Source of the DNA: Gammaproteobacteria bacterium Ga0077554
Lineage (GTDB): Bacteria; Pseudomonadota; Gammaproteobacteria; Ga0077554; Ga007554
NCBI GenBank assembly: GCA_001464585.1
Contig: LNFF01000022.1
Span: forward strand, 79,107 to 143,106
Direction: 5' to 3'
DNA: 64,000 nt
Shown here: in pieces, positions 1 to 14,724 of the stretch
Layout of the letters: the number at the start of each line of letters is the position of its first letter
Numbering within the stretch: the first letter of the stretch is position 1
Notes under the pieces: model-generated
Told to the model about the DNA's origin: nothing
What the model saw: only the letters and a program-made list of their open reading frames with translations
Databases searched by the model: none
Position numbers and translations under genes: made by a program

Positions 1-283
1 CCGTCATGTGCGAGAATAAGCAAGGCTGCTGAAATACCATGCCCACGGCGCGCTGATGCACAGGTATAAAAATACCTGTGCTGGACTCCTGCCATACCTT
101 GTTATTCACGGAAATCAATCCCGTTGCGCTGCGCTCCAAGCCTGCCAGGCAACGTAGCAAGGTAGTTTTGCCACTGCCAGAGCGGCCAAATACCGCCGTA
201 ATCCCCTGTGCCGGAATATCCAGCCGTGCGTGCAAGCGAAAACCTGAGTGCTTTAAATCACATTGCGCAATCAGCCGCGTCAT
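1..283 (-). CDS. modC: Molybdate ABC transporter ATP-binding protein ModC, N-terminal part; gene continues past window start
   Basis: Minus-strand ATG at 283-281 overlaps modB stop (ATGA). Translation MTRLIAQCDLKHSGFRLHARLDIPAQGITAVFGRSGSGKTT carries a Walker A motif. Absent from ORF track because truncated by window edge. Completes mod operon with modA/modB. Confidence 0.75.
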   Translation of the reverse strand, partial: MTRLIAQCDLKHSGFRLHARLDIPAQGITAVFGRSGSGKTTLLRCLAGLERSATGLISVNNKVWQESSTGIFIPVHQRAVGMVFQQPCLFSHMT

Positions 284-960
284 ATCACCCGCACTCGCGC
301 ATGGCGATCCAGCGCATAAACTACGAGCAACACGATAAAAGTAAACACCAGTAATATACCGGCAAGCCAATGCGCACTGGCATAGTCGAGCGTTTCCACA
401 TGATCATAAATGGCAATAGAGATAACCCGTGTCTCTCCAGGAATATTGCCACCCACCATCAGCACCACACCAAATTCGCCGAGCGTATGTGTAAAACCCA
501 GTACAGCGGCCGTGAGATAACCGCGCATCGCCTGCGGCAATACCACACTGAAGAAACTATCCAGCGGCGATGCGCGCAAGCACCATGCCGCTTCCAGCGG
601 TTTGCGATCTAATGCCTCAAAGGCATTTTGCAATGGCTGTACCACAAATGGCAGTGAATATAACAGCGAGGCAATCACCAGCCCGGTGAACGTAAAGGTG
701 AGCGTAGTATCCGTGAGCTGCAACCACGGCGCGCCCAACGCACCGTGCGGCCCCAATACCAGCAATAGATAGAAACCTAACACCGTCGGCGGCAATACCA
801 ATGGTAAAGCCACCATGGCTTCGATGACGGCACGGCCACGCGCACGGGTATTAGCCAGCCACCATGCCAGTGGCGTGGCAAACAATAGCAACAGCACCGT
901 GGTGACACTGGCAAGTTGCAGGCTTAACCACAGCGGGGCAAGATCCAGTTCAGTGGGCAT
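280..960 (-). CDS. modB: Molybdate ABC transporter permease ModB
   Basis: 226-aa polytopic membrane protein with the ABC permease signature region; lies between modA and modC. Confidence 0.9.
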   Translation of the reverse strand: MPTELDLAPLWLSLQLASVTTVLLLLFATPLAWWLANTRARGRAVIEAMVALPLVLPPTVLGFYLLLVLGPHGALGAPWLQLTDTTLTFTFTGLVIASLLYSLPFVVQPLQNAFEALDRKPLEAAWCLRASPLDSFFSVVLPQAMRGYLTAAVLGFTHTLGEFGVVLMVGGNIPGETRVISIAIYDHVETLDYASAHWLAGILLVFTFIVLLVVYALDRHARVRVI

Positions 961-997
961 GAATTATTTCAAGAAGTTAAAGGTTAATCTGGTATAT

Positions 998-1109
998 GTC
1001 ATTGTTTATTGTCATCGCCCTTATCATTTTAGGCGAAGAGAGGGATCTTCCAGGATCCCTCTCTTCGTTCGGGACAAGGATTTCTCGTTTCACTCGAAAT
1101 GACAAACGT
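998..1109. repeat. Family-A dispersed intergenic repeat, copy R1, between modA and modB
   Basis: gtcattgtttattgtcatcgccc ... perfect 13-bp inverted repeat gaagagagggatc/gatccctctcttc ... cgttcgggacaaggatttctcg ... cgaaatgacaaacg. Shares modules gatccctctcttcgttcggga and acaaggatttctcg with R5/R6/R7. Confidence 0.6.
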
Positions 1110-1115
1110 CAGAGA

Positions 1116-1859
1116 TTATTTTACCTTATAACCCGCTTGCTGAATAAGTGTACGCGCCTGCGCAGCCTGCATAAATACTACAAAAGCGTAGGCGGCACTG
1201 TTATTCTCTGCTTTCTTGAGCAGTACCATATCCTGCACGATGGGGTCATAGAGATCTTCTGGCACCAGCCAATAATCTCTGGAAAAAGTATTTTTTGGAT
1301 TAAGAACCTGCGCCAGCGCCAAAAAACCCAGTTGCGCATTCGCCGATGCAACGAACTGAAACACCTGCCCCACATCGTCGCCCTGCACGATACGCGGCTT
1401 TAATATGTGCCACAAACCCATGGTGTTTAATGCCTGATAAGCCGCACGACCATACGGCGCGGTGGCAGGGTTAGCAATGGCAATATGACGAATGCCCGAT
1501 TGTTGAAAAATCTGCGCACCCTCTTGCGATGGCATTGATCGCCCGCTCCATACCACCAGACGCCCCACGGCATAGGTGATGCGCCGCCCCGGCATCACCA
1601 ACCCTTCTTTTTCCAGAAGCGCAGGATGCTTATCATCAGCGGCAAGAAATACATCATACGGCGCGCCGTTATGCAATTGCGCATAAAGCTTACCCGTAGA
1701 ACCGGCGCTGATCAGCAGGTGATGCCCGGTATTTTTCTCAAATACCGGCGCCAGTATATGCAAAGTGTTGAGAAAGTTGGCGGCGACAGCGACTTTTACT
1801 TCGCCTGCATGGAGCAGAGGTGATGCAAACCATAACAGTAATAATACGGGCAGTTTCAT
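1116..1859 (-). CDS. modA: Molybdate ABC transporter periplasmic substrate-binding protein ModA
   Basis: 247 aa, N-terminal signal peptide MKLPVLLLLWFASPLLHA, ModA-like SBP sequence; upstream of modB and modC. Confidence 0.9.
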   Translation of the reverse strand: MKLPVLLLLWFASPLLHAGEVKVAVAANFLNTLHILAPVFEKNTGHHLLISAGSTGKLYAQLHNGAPYDVFLAADDKHPALLEKEGLVMPGRRITYAVGRLVVWSGRSMPSQEGAQIFQQSGIRHIAIANPATAPYGRAAYQALNTMGLWHILKPRIVQGDDVGQVFQFVASANAQLGFLALAQVLNPKNTFSRDYWLVPEDLYDPIVQDMVLLKKAENNSAAYAFVVFMQAAQARTLIQQAGYKVK

Positions 1860-1882
1860 GTGCGCACCCGCTCCTTAAATTC

Positions 1883-2653
1883 CTAAAGCTTACGTAAAAA
1901 ATCCACATTCACATAAGCGCAGCCATGCGCATTACCGGAAATAACGTGTATAGGCTGATGTGGCTCGCCGAGATGATCAAGCACCAGTAACGCGCCCGCG
2001 AAATCATGATCATGGGTATATTCGTTGATAGTCACTACTGTGCGTAAACCGGCATCGCGCGCGGAGCGAAATCCGTTTTCGGAATCTTCAAATGCCAGAC
2101 ATTGCGCAGGTTCCAACCGCATGGCGTGCATGGCGTAGTGATAAATATCCGGTGCGGGCTTTTTGGCGGGCACCACATCGCCCGCTGCAATTACTTCAAA
2201 CCACGTGGCGCTGTCGCTGCCCAGGGTATGATCCAATAATGCAATGACGTTATCCGGCGAGGTGGTGGTGGAAATTGCCAGACGCAACCCTTGGGCGCGC
2301 GCCTCTTCCAGCAAGCGCCGCACGCCGGGACGTAGCGGAATCTTGCCCTGTGACAGCAATTGAGCGTAGTAACGATTTTTTGCCAGGTGCAGGCCGAGAA
2401 TAAATGAATCAAGATTACTCAATGCGGCGGCAGGTAACGAGGGTGCATATTGTTCAATGTAGAAACGAATACGCTCTTTGCCACCCGTAACCCGGAGCAG
2501 CTTGCCATACAGATCAACTGTCCAGTCCCAATCGACCCCGGCTTCAGCAAAGGCTATATTAAATGCGGGGCGATGGCCATCACGCTCCGTGTCGGCCAAG
2601 GTGCCATCAACATCAAAAATCAGTGCGGCAAGATTTGTCATGGTTATTTTCAA
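1883..2653 (-). CDS. cbbY: HAD-family phosphatase, CbbY-like
   Basis: N-terminus ALIFDVDGTLADTERDGHRPAFNIAFAEAGVDWDWTVDLYGKLLRVTGGKERI matches the CbbY / HAD subfamily IA motif (DxDGT). Confidence 0.7.
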   Translation of the reverse strand: MKITMTNLAALIFDVDGTLADTERDGHRPAFNIAFAEAGVDWDWTVDLYGKLLRVTGGKERIRFYIEQYAPSLPAAALSNLDSFILGLHLAKNRYYAQLLSQGKIPLRPGVRRLLEEARAQGLRLAISTTTSPDNVIALLDHTLGSDSATWFEVIAAGDVVPAKKPAPDIYHYAMHAMRLEPAQCLAFEDSENGFRSARDAGLRTVVTINEYTHDHDFAGALLVLDHLGEPHQPIHVISGNAHGCAYVNVDFLRKL

Positions 2654-2680
2654 TCTTAAGTTAAAGGTTAAGGGGCTATA

Positions 2681-2736
2681 TCATTGCGAGCGTAGCGAGG
2701 AATCCTGAAGATCCCTCTCTGCGTTCGGGATGACAG
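2681..2736. repeat. Family-A repeat, copy R2, between cbbY and panC
   Basis: tcattgcgagcgtagcgaggaatcctgaagatccctctctgcgttcgggatgacagc; related to gtcattccgagcaccgcgaggaatcc...gttcgggatgaca in R4/R5. Confidence 0.6.
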
Positions 2737-2757
2737 CATTAGGCGGTGCCCATAAAT

Positions 2758-3606
2758 TCAGATGTCAATCTGTATATTGTCTATCAAGCGTGTGCTGCCT
2801 GACCAGGCCGCGGCCAGCACTACTAGTTCGCTATCACCTGGCTCGGGCAGCATCAGATCATGGCTACGGCGCACGGTGAAATAATCCGGGGTAAATCCGG
2901 CATCACGCAATGCCTGCATGCCTTGTTCCGCAAGCATTGCATAATCACGCGCACCCTCACTGATATGCTGGTGCGTAGCACGCAACACCTGATAAAGCCG
3001 TGACGCACCAGAGCGCTGTTCCGCTGTGAGATAACCATTGCGCGAACTCATGGCCAGACCGTCCGGCTCGCGCACGGTGGGCACACCGAGAATGGTAATG
3101 GGCAAGCACAAGTCAGCTACCATACGGCGTATTACCAATAATTGCTGATAATCCTTTTCGCCAAAAACGGCAATATCCGGTTGTACAATATTAAAAAATT
3201 TATTAACCACAGTGGCAACACCGACAAAATGGCCGGGGCGCGAGGCGCCGCATAAAATATCGCTTAAGCCAACCACCTCGACCCGCGTGGTATTTTCCGC
3301 GCCATGCGGATACAACTCCGACACTTCCGGGAGAAATAAAGCATGCACACCATTTTCCGCCAGCGCGATGCTATCCGCAGATAATGTGCGCGGGTAAGTA
3401 GTGAAATCCTCGTTGGCGCCAAACTGCATGGGATTAACAAAAATACTCGCCACAACCCGGTCCGCACGATGCACGGCTTGCGCCATGAGATGAATATGTC
3501 CGGCATGCAGATTGCCCATGGTCGGCACAAAGGCAATACGCTCGCCCTTGTTCCGCCACACGTGGATCATGCCACGCAACTCGGTAATGGTACGTACGGT
3601 GCGCAT
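2758..3606 (-). CDS. panC: Pantoate--beta-alanine ligase
   Basis: 282 aa; motifs FVPTMGNLHAGH and FGEKDYQQ typical of PanC; adjacent to panB. Confidence 0.95.
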   Translation of the reverse strand: MRTVRTITELRGMIHVWRNKGERIAFVPTMGNLHAGHIHLMAQAVHRADRVVASIFVNPMQFGANEDFTTYPRTLSADSIALAENGVHALFLPEVSELYPHGAENTTRVEVVGLSDILCGASRPGHFVGVATVVNKFFNIVQPDIAVFGEKDYQQLLVIRRMVADLCLPITILGVPTVREPDGLAMSSRNGYLTAEQRSGASRLYQVLRATHQHISEGARDYAMLAEQGMQALRDAGFTPDYFTVRRSHDLMLPEPGDSELVVLAAAWSGSTRLIDNIQIDI

Positions 3607-4415
3607 TAGCTAAAGGTGTGTTCGGCAGCAGGAAAGCTGCCATTTTTTACGGCATGAACATAGGCTTCGATGGCGGCTTGAATCGTGGGTTGCCCCTGCA
3701 TAAAATCCCTGGAGAATTTAGGGCGCTTGCCAACGGTGACGCCGAGCATATCGTATAATACCAGCACTTGCGCATCACACCCGGCACCCGCGCCAATACC
3801 AATGACGGACACAGCCACTGCTTTGGTAATTTCTTCTGCAAGACTTGCTGGCACGCATTCCAGCAATAGTATATCTGCCCCGGCATCCTGGAGCGCATGC
3901 GCATCTTCACGCATTTTTTGCGCTACGCTGGCATCACGGCCCTGCACACGGTATCCGCCAAGCTTATGCACCGATTGCGGCTGCAAACCGAGGTGCGCGC
4001 ATACCGGTATGCCGCGCGCCGTAAGCTGACGCACAATATCCACTTGCACCGCGCCGCCTTCGAGTTTCACCATGTGCGCCCCGCCCTCCTGCATCAACCG
4101 CGCAGCATTATGCAATGCCTGTTCAGCAGTGGCGTAACTCATGAAAGGCATGTCTGTCATTAACAGTGCCCGGCTGCGTCCACGCGCGACACAGGCGCTG
4201 TGATACACCATGTCGTCCATGGTGACGGGCAAGGTGGAAGCATGCCCCTGCACTACCATGCCCAATGAATCACCGACAAGAATTACTTCGACCCCAGCAG
4301 CATCCACGACATGCGCCAGACTGGCATCATACGCTGTCAGGCAGGCGAATTTCTCGCCTTTGATTTTCATCTCGCGCAGGGTATTGATAGTGATTTGTGG
4401 GGTCATGGCGGCCAT
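3606..4415 (-). CDS. panB: 3-methyl-2-oxobutanoate hydroxymethyltransferase
   Basis: 269 aa; [33 protein letters not shown] is the PanB signature; panB-panC pair. Confidence 0.95.
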   Translation of the reverse strand: MAAMTPQITINTLREMKIKGEKFACLTAYDASLAHVVDAAGVEVILVGDSLGMVVQGHASTLPVTMDDMVYHSACVARGRSRALLMTDMPFMSYATAEQALHNAARLMQEGGAHMVKLEGGAVQVDIVRQLTARGIPVCAHLGLQPQSVHKLGGYRVQGRDASVAQKMREDAHALQDAGADILLLECVPASLAEEITKAVAVSVIGIGAGAGCDAQVLVLYDMLGVTVGKRPKFSRDFMQGQPTIQAAIEAYVHAVKNGSFPAAEHTFS

Positions 4416-4433
4416 CAGGAAAATCCTTTCGCA

Positions 4434-5101
4434 TTAAAGATTAAATGGCAAGGGGTTGAGATAATGGCGCCCACTGCGGCGGGCATGGACATGCTCAACC
4501 AGCTCATTATAATCTTTGTCATTGTCGACAAAGTTGGCGGCGGCGGCATTCACCATCAACAACGGTGCGGCATCATAATGATGAAAAAAGCGCGCGTAGG
4601 CATCTGCCAGGCGTTGCAAATAAGCGGACTCAATTAATTTCTCATAGCCCAGGCCGCGTTTGGCAATACGCGCCAGCAATACTTCAACAGGCGCTTGCAG
4701 ATAAATCACCAGATCCGGCGCTGGAATATCCAAGGTAAGCTGCCGGTATACCTGATCATAAAGTTTCAGCTCATCATCTTCCAGCGTCACCTCAGCGAAT
4801 AACCGGTCTTTTTCCATCAAAAAATCCGATACGCGGCCACTTTGAAACATGTCTGTCTGGCGCAACGCCTGCGTCTGCCGCGCACGCTGCAATAAAAAAA
4901 ACAACTGTGCGGGCAGTGCGGCCTGGCGTGGATTTTGATAAAAGCGTTCCAGAAAAGGATTGGCCTCGGCCTCCTCCAGCAATATCTCACTGCCAAATGT
5001 TTCTGCCAGCCGCTTCACCAGGCTGGTCTTGCCAACACCGATAGGGCCTTCGACAACGATGTAACGCGGCGCAGCTTGTTTTATTTCTACAGATTTCATG
5101 A
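4434..5101 (-). CDS. Deoxynucleoside kinase family protein
   Basis: P-loop VVEGPIGVGKTSLVKRL plus dNK-family downstream motifs. Track ORF extends to 5243 but the upstream 47 codons overlap folK; start placed at MKSVEIK. Confidence 0.8.
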
Positions 5102-5112
5102 TCAGGCTATTT

Positions 5113-5625
5113 TCAGAGTAGTGAGCAGGATAATGTATCATGAATCCGGCAACGTGCAGCCAGCACGCGCACACTGCCTTGCCCTGGCACATGCAGATCC
5201 GGTGCAATTTCAAACAATGGATACAACACAAAACTGCGTTCATGTAAGCGCGGGTGTGGCACGGTTAATTCCTCGCTCTTGCATTGCCGGTCGGCATACA
5301 GTAACAGGTCAAGATCCAGTGTACGCGCTGCCCAACGCTGCGCACTGCGTGTGCGCCCCTGGTGCTGCTCCAGCGCCTGTAACTCTGCCAGCAACTGCAT
5401 TGGCTCAAGCCGCGTATCAAGCGCGGCTACGGCGTTGATATAATCTGGCTGCATGACGGTCGCATTCAGGGTCAGCGGCGCACTGCGATACAGTGATGAA
5501 TGTCGTATGCTGCATGTTTCTGGAATAGCATCCAATGCTGCCAATGCGGTTTTTATCTGCGCTATCGGGTCATTGAGATTACTGCCAAGACCGATGTATA
5601 CACGCATTTTTTCAGGCTGAATCAC
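5113..5625 (-). CDS. folK: 2-amino-4-hydroxy-6-hydroxymethyldihydropteridine pyrophosphokinase
   Basis: 170 aa; VYIGLGSNLNDP ... LDLDLL motifs of HPPK; pcnB-folK synteny as in E. coli. Confidence 0.9.
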   Translation of the reverse strand: MIQPEKMRVYIGLGSNLNDPIAQIKTALAALDAIPETCSIRHSSLYRSAPLTLNATVMQPDYINAVAALDTRLEPMQLLAELQALEQHQGRTRSAQRWAARTLDLDLLLYADRQCKSEELTVPHPRLHERSFVLYPLFEIAPDLHVPGQGSVRVLAARCRIHDTLSCSLL

Positions 5626-7070
5626 TCGACCGAATCGCCGGATTGGGACGCACTCACTGCTTTACCTGATTTAGAGCGTGACCGGCGCGCACGTTTTTTT
5701 CCAGTGCTTGCAGCCGCCCCAGTGCGCACCACATTCACCATGCCCTGTTGCTCATCGCCTTCGGCAATTTGAAAGCGTGTCCACCAGTCACATAGCTCTT
5801 GAATTTCTTCACCTGCTTCGGCACGCAGCAACATGAAATCATAGGCAGCACGAAAACGCGGATGCGTCAAAGTTACAAACGGCCGCTTGCCAGTGATTTG
5901 CGTCAAGCGCAGTTGCAGGTTCCAGATTTCACGCATCGGCAAGCTGAAGCGTTTCGGCAAGGCAGTGCGCTGCACCTGACGCGCCACAATGACATTACCT
6001 GCCTCTTGCAATGCCTCGCCTTCGCTCATATGAGCATTGGTGCCTTGCACTTGCATTTCATGCGCGAGGGTGCGCATGGCGCCCCATAATAAAGCAGCAT
6101 AAAGAAACGCCGGTGTGGTGGTTTTGCCTGCGGCTATCCGTGCATCCGTATTGGTGAGCGCGCGCGACACCAACATTAAGGGAAAATGGCTTTCTTCATG
6201 CGCCAGATCAGCTTCGGTATAGGGAAACAAATGTCCGAACAAACCGTAATGCCGCAGCAACTCGAAGGTCTGCACCGCGTACCCGCCCATAAACAGCTTG
6301 ATCGTTTCATCGTATAATCGCGCGGATGAAATATCATCCAGCAAATATCCCAGCTTAAACAGCGGCGCTTCAGAATCAGCGTCTATGCGAAAGCCCAGTT
6401 TCGCCGCAAAGCGCACTGCACGCAGCATGCGCACTGGATCTTCGCGGTAACGCTGCTCGGGGTCACCAATCAACCGTAACCGCCCCGCGTTCAGGTCTTC
6501 CAGGCCACTGGTATAATCCACCAGCGAAAAATCGTCGATATTGTAATACAAGGCGTTAATCGTGAAATCACGGCGCCAGGCGTCTTCTTCGACTGAACCG
6601 TAAACATTGTCGCGCATGATGCGGCCGTCTTTGTCAGTGCGGTGCAGGTCATTTTTTTTATCCGTGTTTTGATCGGCATCATCAGCACTGGGCGCGGCAC
6701 GAAATGTCGCAACTTCGATAATATCCGCCCCCACCCGCACATGGGCGAGGCGAAAGCGTCGGCCAATCAGGTGGCAATTACGAAACTGCTCGCGCACCTG
6801 CTCGGGCAACGCATTGGTCGCCACGTCAAAATCCTTGGGTTCGCGCCCCAGCAGCACGTCACGCACGCCGCCGCCTACCAGATAGGCCTGATAGCCGGCA
6901 TTTTTAAGGCGATACAACACCTTGAGCGCGCCCTCACTGATATTGGAACGCGAAATGGTGTGTTCCGCACGCGGTATAATTTTTGGAATACTGATAATCG
7001 CTACTGCCTTATATAAAGAGGGTTTACGGGTTTGCTTGAGCAAACTCCAGCAAAAAGAGTATAATATCAT
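5622..7070 (-). CDS. pcnB: Poly(A) polymerase I
   Basis: IIPRAEHTISRSNISEGALKVLYRLKNAGYQAYLVGGGVRDVLLG aligns to E. coli PcnB N-terminus; the 26 codons upstream in the track ORF overlap tRNA-Glu, so start placed at ATG 7070 (MILYSF). Confidence 0.85.
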   Translation of the reverse strand: MILYSFCWSLLKQTRKPSLYKAVAIISIPKIIPRAEHTISRSNISEGALKVLYRLKNAGYQAYLVGGGVRDVLLGREPKDFDVATNALPEQVREQFRNCHLIGRRFRLAHVRVGADIIEVATFRAAPSADDADQNTDKKNDLHRTDKDGRIMRDNVYGSVEEDAWRRDFTINALYYNIDDFSLVDYTSGLEDLNAGRLRLIGDPEQRYREDPVRMLRAVRFAAKLGFRIDADSEAPLFKLGYLLDDISSARLYDETIKLFMGGYAVQTFELLRHYGLFGHLFPYTEADLAHEESHFPLMLVSRALTNTDARIAAGKTTTPAFLYAALLWGAMRTLAHEMQVQGTNAHMSEGEALQEAGNVIVARQVQRTALPKRFSLPMREIWNLQLRLTQITGKRPFVTLTHPRFRAAYDFMLLRAEAGEEIQELCDWWTRFQIAEGDEQQGMVNVVRTGAAASTGKKRARRSRSKSGKAVSASQSGDSVE

Positions 7071-7109
7071 TTCTTTATGTCTCGCGCAGGCTGCCTGCCT
7101 GGGACACAA

Positions 7110-9354
<2,245 letters not shown>

Positions 9355-9407
9355 ACCTCACTACTGTCCGATTGGTTTCATGCTGATCGGCTGAAAAGCC
9401 AGTTTCG

Positions 9408-10205
<798 letters not shown>

Positions 10206-10206
10206 A

Positions 10207-10941
10207 TCAGACCGACTCGTCTGCCAGTTTTTGCGCGGCGGCCAGATCCAGCGTGCCTTCATACAGCGCACGGCCAGTAATCACGCCGGTGATACCTTCA
10301 TCAGCCACTGCGCACAACGCCGTGATATCTTCCAGGCTAGAGATACCCCCCGATGCAATAATCGGTATAGACACGGCGCGCGCCAAAGCGACGGTGGCTT
10401 CGATGTTCACGCCGCCCATCATGCCATCACGGCTGATGTCGGTGTAGATAATGGCTTCGACGCCATCTTTTTCAAAGCGCTGGGCAATATCAATCACGTC
10501 GTGATGAGACAACTTTGACCAACCGTCAATCGCGACTTTGCCATTTTTAGCATCGAGACCAACGATGATATGACCGGGAAATTCACGGCACACATCGCCG
10601 ACAAAATGCGGTGTGTTAATCGCCTTGGTGCCAAGAATTACATAACGCACACCGGCATCAAGATAAGTCTGGATAGTGTCGTCATCACGAATGCCGCCAC
10701 CCACCTGCACTGGCAGATCAGGATAGGCGCGTACAATTTCTCGGATGATAGCAGCGTTCACTGGCTTGCCCGCAAATGCACCGTTCAAGTCCACAATATG
10801 CAGCCGCCGCGCACCGGCTTGCACCCAACGCTCGGCAACGGCGAGTGGATCATCGGAAAATACGGTGTCGTCTTCCATGCGCCCCTGACGCAGGCGCACG
10901 CATTTGCCATCTTTCAAATCAATGGCGGGTATCACCAGCAT
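10207..10941 (-). CDS. hisA: Phosphoribosylformimino-5-aminoimidazole carboxamide ribotide isomerase
   Basis: 244 aa; [17 protein letters not shown] ... HisA TIM-barrel motifs. Confidence 0.95.
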   Translation of the reverse strand: MLVIPAIDLKDGKCVRLRQGRMEDDTVFSDDPLAVAERWVQAGARRLHIVDLNGAFAGKPVNAAIIREIVRAYPDLPVQVGGGIRDDDTIQTYLDAGVRYVILGTKAINTPHFVGDVCREFPGHIIVGLDAKNGKVAIDGWSKLSHHDVIDIAQRFEKDGVEAIIYTDISRDGMMGGVNIEATVALARAVSIPIIASGGISSLEDITALCAVADEGITGVITGRALYEGTLDLAAAQKLADESV

Positions 10942-10972
10942 GACGATTTCCTCGTGTAAATATTAAATATTA

Positions 10973-11001
10973 AAGATCCCTCACCATGTTCGGGATGACA
11001 G
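10973..11001. repeat. Family-A repeat fragment R3 inside the his operon (hisA-hisH spacer)
   Basis: aagatccctcaccatgttcgggatgacag; same module as R2/R5/R6. Confidence 0.55.
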
Positions 11002-11004
11002 TAA

Positions 11005-11654
11005 TTATACATTTCCATCCCAACGCACAAAATTAGACAGCAGCGCCAAACCCGCGTGATGACTTTTTTCAGGATGGAATTGCGCCGCAAAAACATTGCG
11101 GTGCGCCATAGCGCACACAAACTCTACACCGTATTGCGCAGTAGCGGCAATCTGGGCGGAATCTGTAGGGTCAACATAATAGCTATGCACGAAATAAAAA
11201 CGGCTGTCTTGTGCAATGCCTTGCCATAACGGATGTGCAATGGTCTGATGCACCTGGTTCCAGCCCATGTGAGGGATCTTCAACATATCTCCCGTCTGCG
11301 CCTCGCGCATCTGGGCGGGGAAACGCCGCACCCGACCCGGAAAAATGCCGAGTCCTTGCACACCGTCATTTTCTTCGCTGGCATCCAGCAACACTTGCAG
11401 ACCCATGCAGATGCCCAAAAAAGGTTTGCTGCGTACTGCCTCTTTCACGACTTTATCCAGACCCAACCGCTGCAACTCAGCCATGCAATCCCGCGCCGCG
11501 CCCTGGCCAGGAAACACAATGCGATCGGCCTGCATGATGCGCTCCGCAGAGGACGTGACCTCTACCCTGGCCGACCCTGCAACATGCTCCAAAGCCTTGG
11601 CCACGGAACGTAAGTTACCCATGCCATAATCAATTACCGCAACGCCTGTCATAT
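11005..11654 (-). CDS. hisH: Imidazole glycerol phosphate synthase glutamine amidotransferase subunit
   Basis: MTGVAVIDYGMGNLRSV ... GICMGLQ (catalytic Cys) ... HPEKS; upstream 48 codons of the track ORF overlap hisB. Confidence 0.9.
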
Positions 11655-11671
11655 GTTGGTCATGTGAAACT

Positions 11672-12265
11672 CTAAAGGCTACCCTTGGTAGATGGCATAA
11701 TTCCCTGCATGCGTGGATCATGCTCCAGCGCCATACGCACCGCACGGCCAAACGCTTTAAACACGGTTTCGACAATGTGGTGTGCGTTACGGCCACGCAG
11801 ATTGTCGATGTGCAATGTCACCAGCGCGTGATTAACAAAACCCTGGAAAAATTCACGGAACAAATCCACATCAAAATCACCAATGCGCGCGCGCGGAAAA
11901 TCAATATGGTACTCAAGGCCGGGACGGCCTGAGAAGTCGACGACGACGCGCGACAATGCCTCATCCAGCGGCACATACGCATGGCCGTAACGACGTATGC
12001 CGCGCCTGTCACCGACTGCTTTGGTGATGGCCTGGCCGAGCGTGATGCCGATGTCTTCGACAGTGTGGTGCGCGTCAATGTGCAGGTCACCTTCAGCCTT
12101 GATGTCGATATCAATCATGCCGTGCCGCGCGATCTGATCTACCATATGATCAAGAAATGGCACGCCGGTTTGAAAATTCGATACACCTGCGCCATCGAGG
12201 TTAACTGTTACTTCGATGCGTGTTTCCAGTGTGTCACGTTTGACAGTGGCCTTGCGGTCAGTCAT
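11672..12265 (-). CDS. hisB: Imidazoleglycerol-phosphate dehydratase
   Basis: 197 aa; IGDhD single-domain form with his-rich metal motifs HHIVE / HALV. Confidence 0.95.
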   Translation of the reverse strand: MTDRKATVKRDTLETRIEVTVNLDGAGVSNFQTGVPFLDHMVDQIARHGMIDIDIKAEGDLHIDAHHTVEDIGITLGQAITKAVGDRRGIRRYGHAYVPLDEALSRVVVDFSGRPGLEYHIDFPRARIGDFDVDLFREFFQGFVNHALVTLHIDNLRGRNAHHIVETVFKAFGRAVRMALEHDPRMQGIMPSTKGSL

Positions 12266-12281
12266 ACATATTCTCCGAGGT

Positions 12282-13385
12282 TTATAGGGCGTGTTCCAAC
12301 GCCTTTAAAAAAGCCTGATTTTCTTCTGGCGTGCTTACGGTAACGCGCAAACAATCCGCCAGCAATGCGCTTGCGCCGTGCATGCTTTTAATCAAAACAC
12401 CTTGCGCCTTGATCGACTCAAAGATTTGTGGCGCACGTCCGGCGGGCACGCGAAACAAAATAAAATTGGCACGGCTCGGATAAACGGTAATGCCATTCAA
12501 TGCACGCAACGCTGTCAATAATTGTTCCCGATTGTCCCGCAGCCTGGCGGCCTGCGCCTCCAGCACATCGTAATGGCGCAAGGCAAATCCAGCGCTGGCC
12601 TGCGTCAATACACTGATATTATACGGTAAACGTATTTTATCCAATTCATTTAACCACGCGGGGGAACCTGCCAACACGCCCATGCGCAACCCTGCCAGTC
12701 CCATTTTCGACAGCGTGCGCAACACCAATAAGTTATCGTACTGTGCAAGGCGCGACATGAAGGTGCTGCCAGCAAAAGCGTTATAAGCCTCATCGACGAC
12801 TACCAGACCTGGGCTGATTTCAATCAGTTCACATACCTGCTGTTCATCAAACAAATTGCCGGTGGGGTTGCTGGGGTACGACAAAAACACTACGGCGGGA
12901 CGATGCCGGATAATCGCCGCGCGCATGGCGGGCATATCCAAACTATAATCACTGGCATTGAGCGGCACGCAGACAAATTCCAAACCGGTAACCGCGGCGA
13001 TCATGCGGTACATGGAAAAATACGGCTCCGGCGTCAACACCGCACGTCCCGGCGCAGCTACCGCCATGGCAATAATTTGTATCAGCTCATCCGAACCATT
13101 GCCGAGCATGATCTCCATGCCTTGCGGCACGTTAAGCGTAGCGCGCAAGAGTATTTTTAAATCACAGGCATGGGGATCGGGATAGCGATTCCACTTTGCA
13201 TCGCGCAATACTTCCAGCCACTCATCAACTAACGGTTTGGGCCAGGTGTAGGGATTTTCCATCGCATCAAGCTTGATGAGATTGCCTATCTCGGGTACAT
13301 GGTACGCAGACAAGGCACGCACTTGCGGACGAATCCACTGCTCCACTAAACTATCAGGGGGAGCATTAGCGGTTTTGGTATTCAT
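12282..13385 (-). CDS. hisC: Histidinol-phosphate aminotransferase
   Basis: 367 aa class-II aminotransferase; PLP lysine region [12 protein letters not shown]. Confidence 0.9.
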   Translation of the reverse strand: MNTKTANAPPDSLVEQWIRPQVRALSAYHVPEIGNLIKLDAMENPYTWPKPLVDEWLEVLRDAKWNRYPDPHACDLKILLRATLNVPQGMEIMLGNGSDELIQIIAMAVAAPGRAVLTPEPYFSMYRMIAAVTGLEFVCVPLNASDYSLDMPAMRAAIIRHRPAVVFLSYPSNPTGNLFDEQQVCELIEISPGLVVVDEAYNAFAGSTFMSRLAQYDNLLVLRTLSKMGLAGLRMGVLAGSPAWLNELDKIRLPYNISVLTQASAGFALRHYDVLEAQAARLRDNREQLLTALRALNGITVYPSRANFILFRVPAGRAPQIFESIKAQGVLIKSMHGASALLADCLRVTVSTPEENQAFLKALEHAL

Positions 13386-14710
13386 TTGACTACTGCCTGC
13401 GCCTGTACGACTGCGGGCATACGATATTCAGCAGAACGCGCATGAGCAGTCAGTCCTTCGCCGCGCGCCAGTATGGAAGCACTGTGACCCAACGTTGCCG
13501 CACCTTGCGCTGAACACATAATCAAGCTGGAACGCTTTTGAAAATCATACACACCCAGCGGCGATGAAAAACGTGCGGTGCGTGAGGTGGGCAACACATG
13601 GTTCGGGCCAGCACAATAATCACCCACGGCTTCGGCCGTATAGCGACCCATGAAAATCGCCCCGGCATTGTGAATGCGTGCGGCTAACGCTTGCGGATCG
13701 GCCACCGACAGCTCCAAATGTTCGGGCGAGATAAAATTCGCCACAGTAACCGCCTCGTCAATATCACGCACCTGTATCATCGCACCGCGCTTGGCCAGCG
13801 ACGCCTCAATCACTGTGGCACGCTCCATGGTCGGCAACAAGCGGTCGATGCTGGCTTTTACTTTATCAAGATAGCCTGCATCCGGACTTACCAAAATTGA
13901 TTGGGCATCTTCATCGTGCTCGGCCTGTGAAAACAGATCCATTGCAATCCAGTCAGGGTCGGTGAGGCCATCACAGATCACCAGAATTTCCGATGGGCCC
14001 GCAATCATGTCGATGCCTACCGTGCCATACACCATGCCTTTGGCAGTGGCGACATAGATGTTGCCGGGGCCAACAATTTTATCAACACGCGGAATGTTTT
14101 GCGTGCCATACGCCAATGCCGCCACCGCCTGCGCGCCACCAATCGTAAACACGCGATCCACCCCGGCGATGGCGGCGGCCGCCAACACCAGATCATTCAA
14201 CACGCCACCCGGCGCGGGCACCACCATAATTAACTCATCCACACCCGCCACTTTGGCCGGAATGGCATTCATTAATACCGATGAAGGATACGACGCCTTG
14301 CCGCCGGGCACATACAAACCGACGCGCTCCAGCGCGGTGACTTGCTGGCCAAGCACGGTGCCATCGGCTTCGGTGTAACTCCAGGAAGCGGATTTCTGAT
14401 GCTCGTGATAGACCCGCAAACGCATCGCAGAAAACTCAAGCGCCTCGCGCTGTACAAGTGGAATTTTCTGTAGCGCGTCCTGTAACTGTTGCCGGGATAT
14501 TTCCAGCTCTGCCATGTGCGATACGTTCAACCTGTCGAAACGGCTGGTGTATTCGAGAACGGCGGCATCACCACGCGTGCGCACATTTGCCAGAATGTCG
14601 CGCACTGCATGCACCACAGCATCGTCCGAAACACTTTCCCACGCCAAACGCCGGTCAAGCTGCGCCCAGAAATCAGCATCTGTAGTATTCAGTCTTTTGA
14701 TATTTAACAT
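13382..14710 (-). CDS. hisD: Histidinol dehydrogenase
   Basis: 442 aa; HisD motifs incl. [13 protein letters not shown]. Confidence 0.95.
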   Translation of the reverse strand: MLNIKRLNTTDADFWAQLDRRLAWESVSDDAVVHAVRDILANVRTRGDAAVLEYTSRFDRLNVSHMAELEISRQQLQDALQKIPLVQREALEFSAMRLRVYHEHQKSASWSYTEADGTVLGQQVTALERVGLYVPGGKASYPSSVLMNAIPAKVAGVDELIMVVPAPGGVLNDLVLAAAAIAGVDRVFTIGGAQAVAALAYGTQNIPRVDKIVGPGNIYVATAKGMVYGTVGIDMIAGPSEILVICDGLTDPDWIAMDLFSQAEHDEDAQSILVSPDAGYLDKVKASIDRLLPTMERATVIEASLAKRGAMIQVRDIDEAVTVANFISPEHLELSVADPQALAARIHNAGAIFMGRYTAEAVGDYCAGPNHVLPTSRTARFSSPLGVYDFQKRSSLIMCSAQGAATLGHSASILARGEGLTAHARSAEYRMPAVVQAQAVVK

Positions 14711-14724
14711 GGAATATGTCTTGG

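Noticed and set aside
78-338. Plus-strand 86-aa ORF at window start
   Set aside because: It is the antisense frame of the modC N-terminus; the minus strand encodes a Walker-A containing ModC start overlapping modB.
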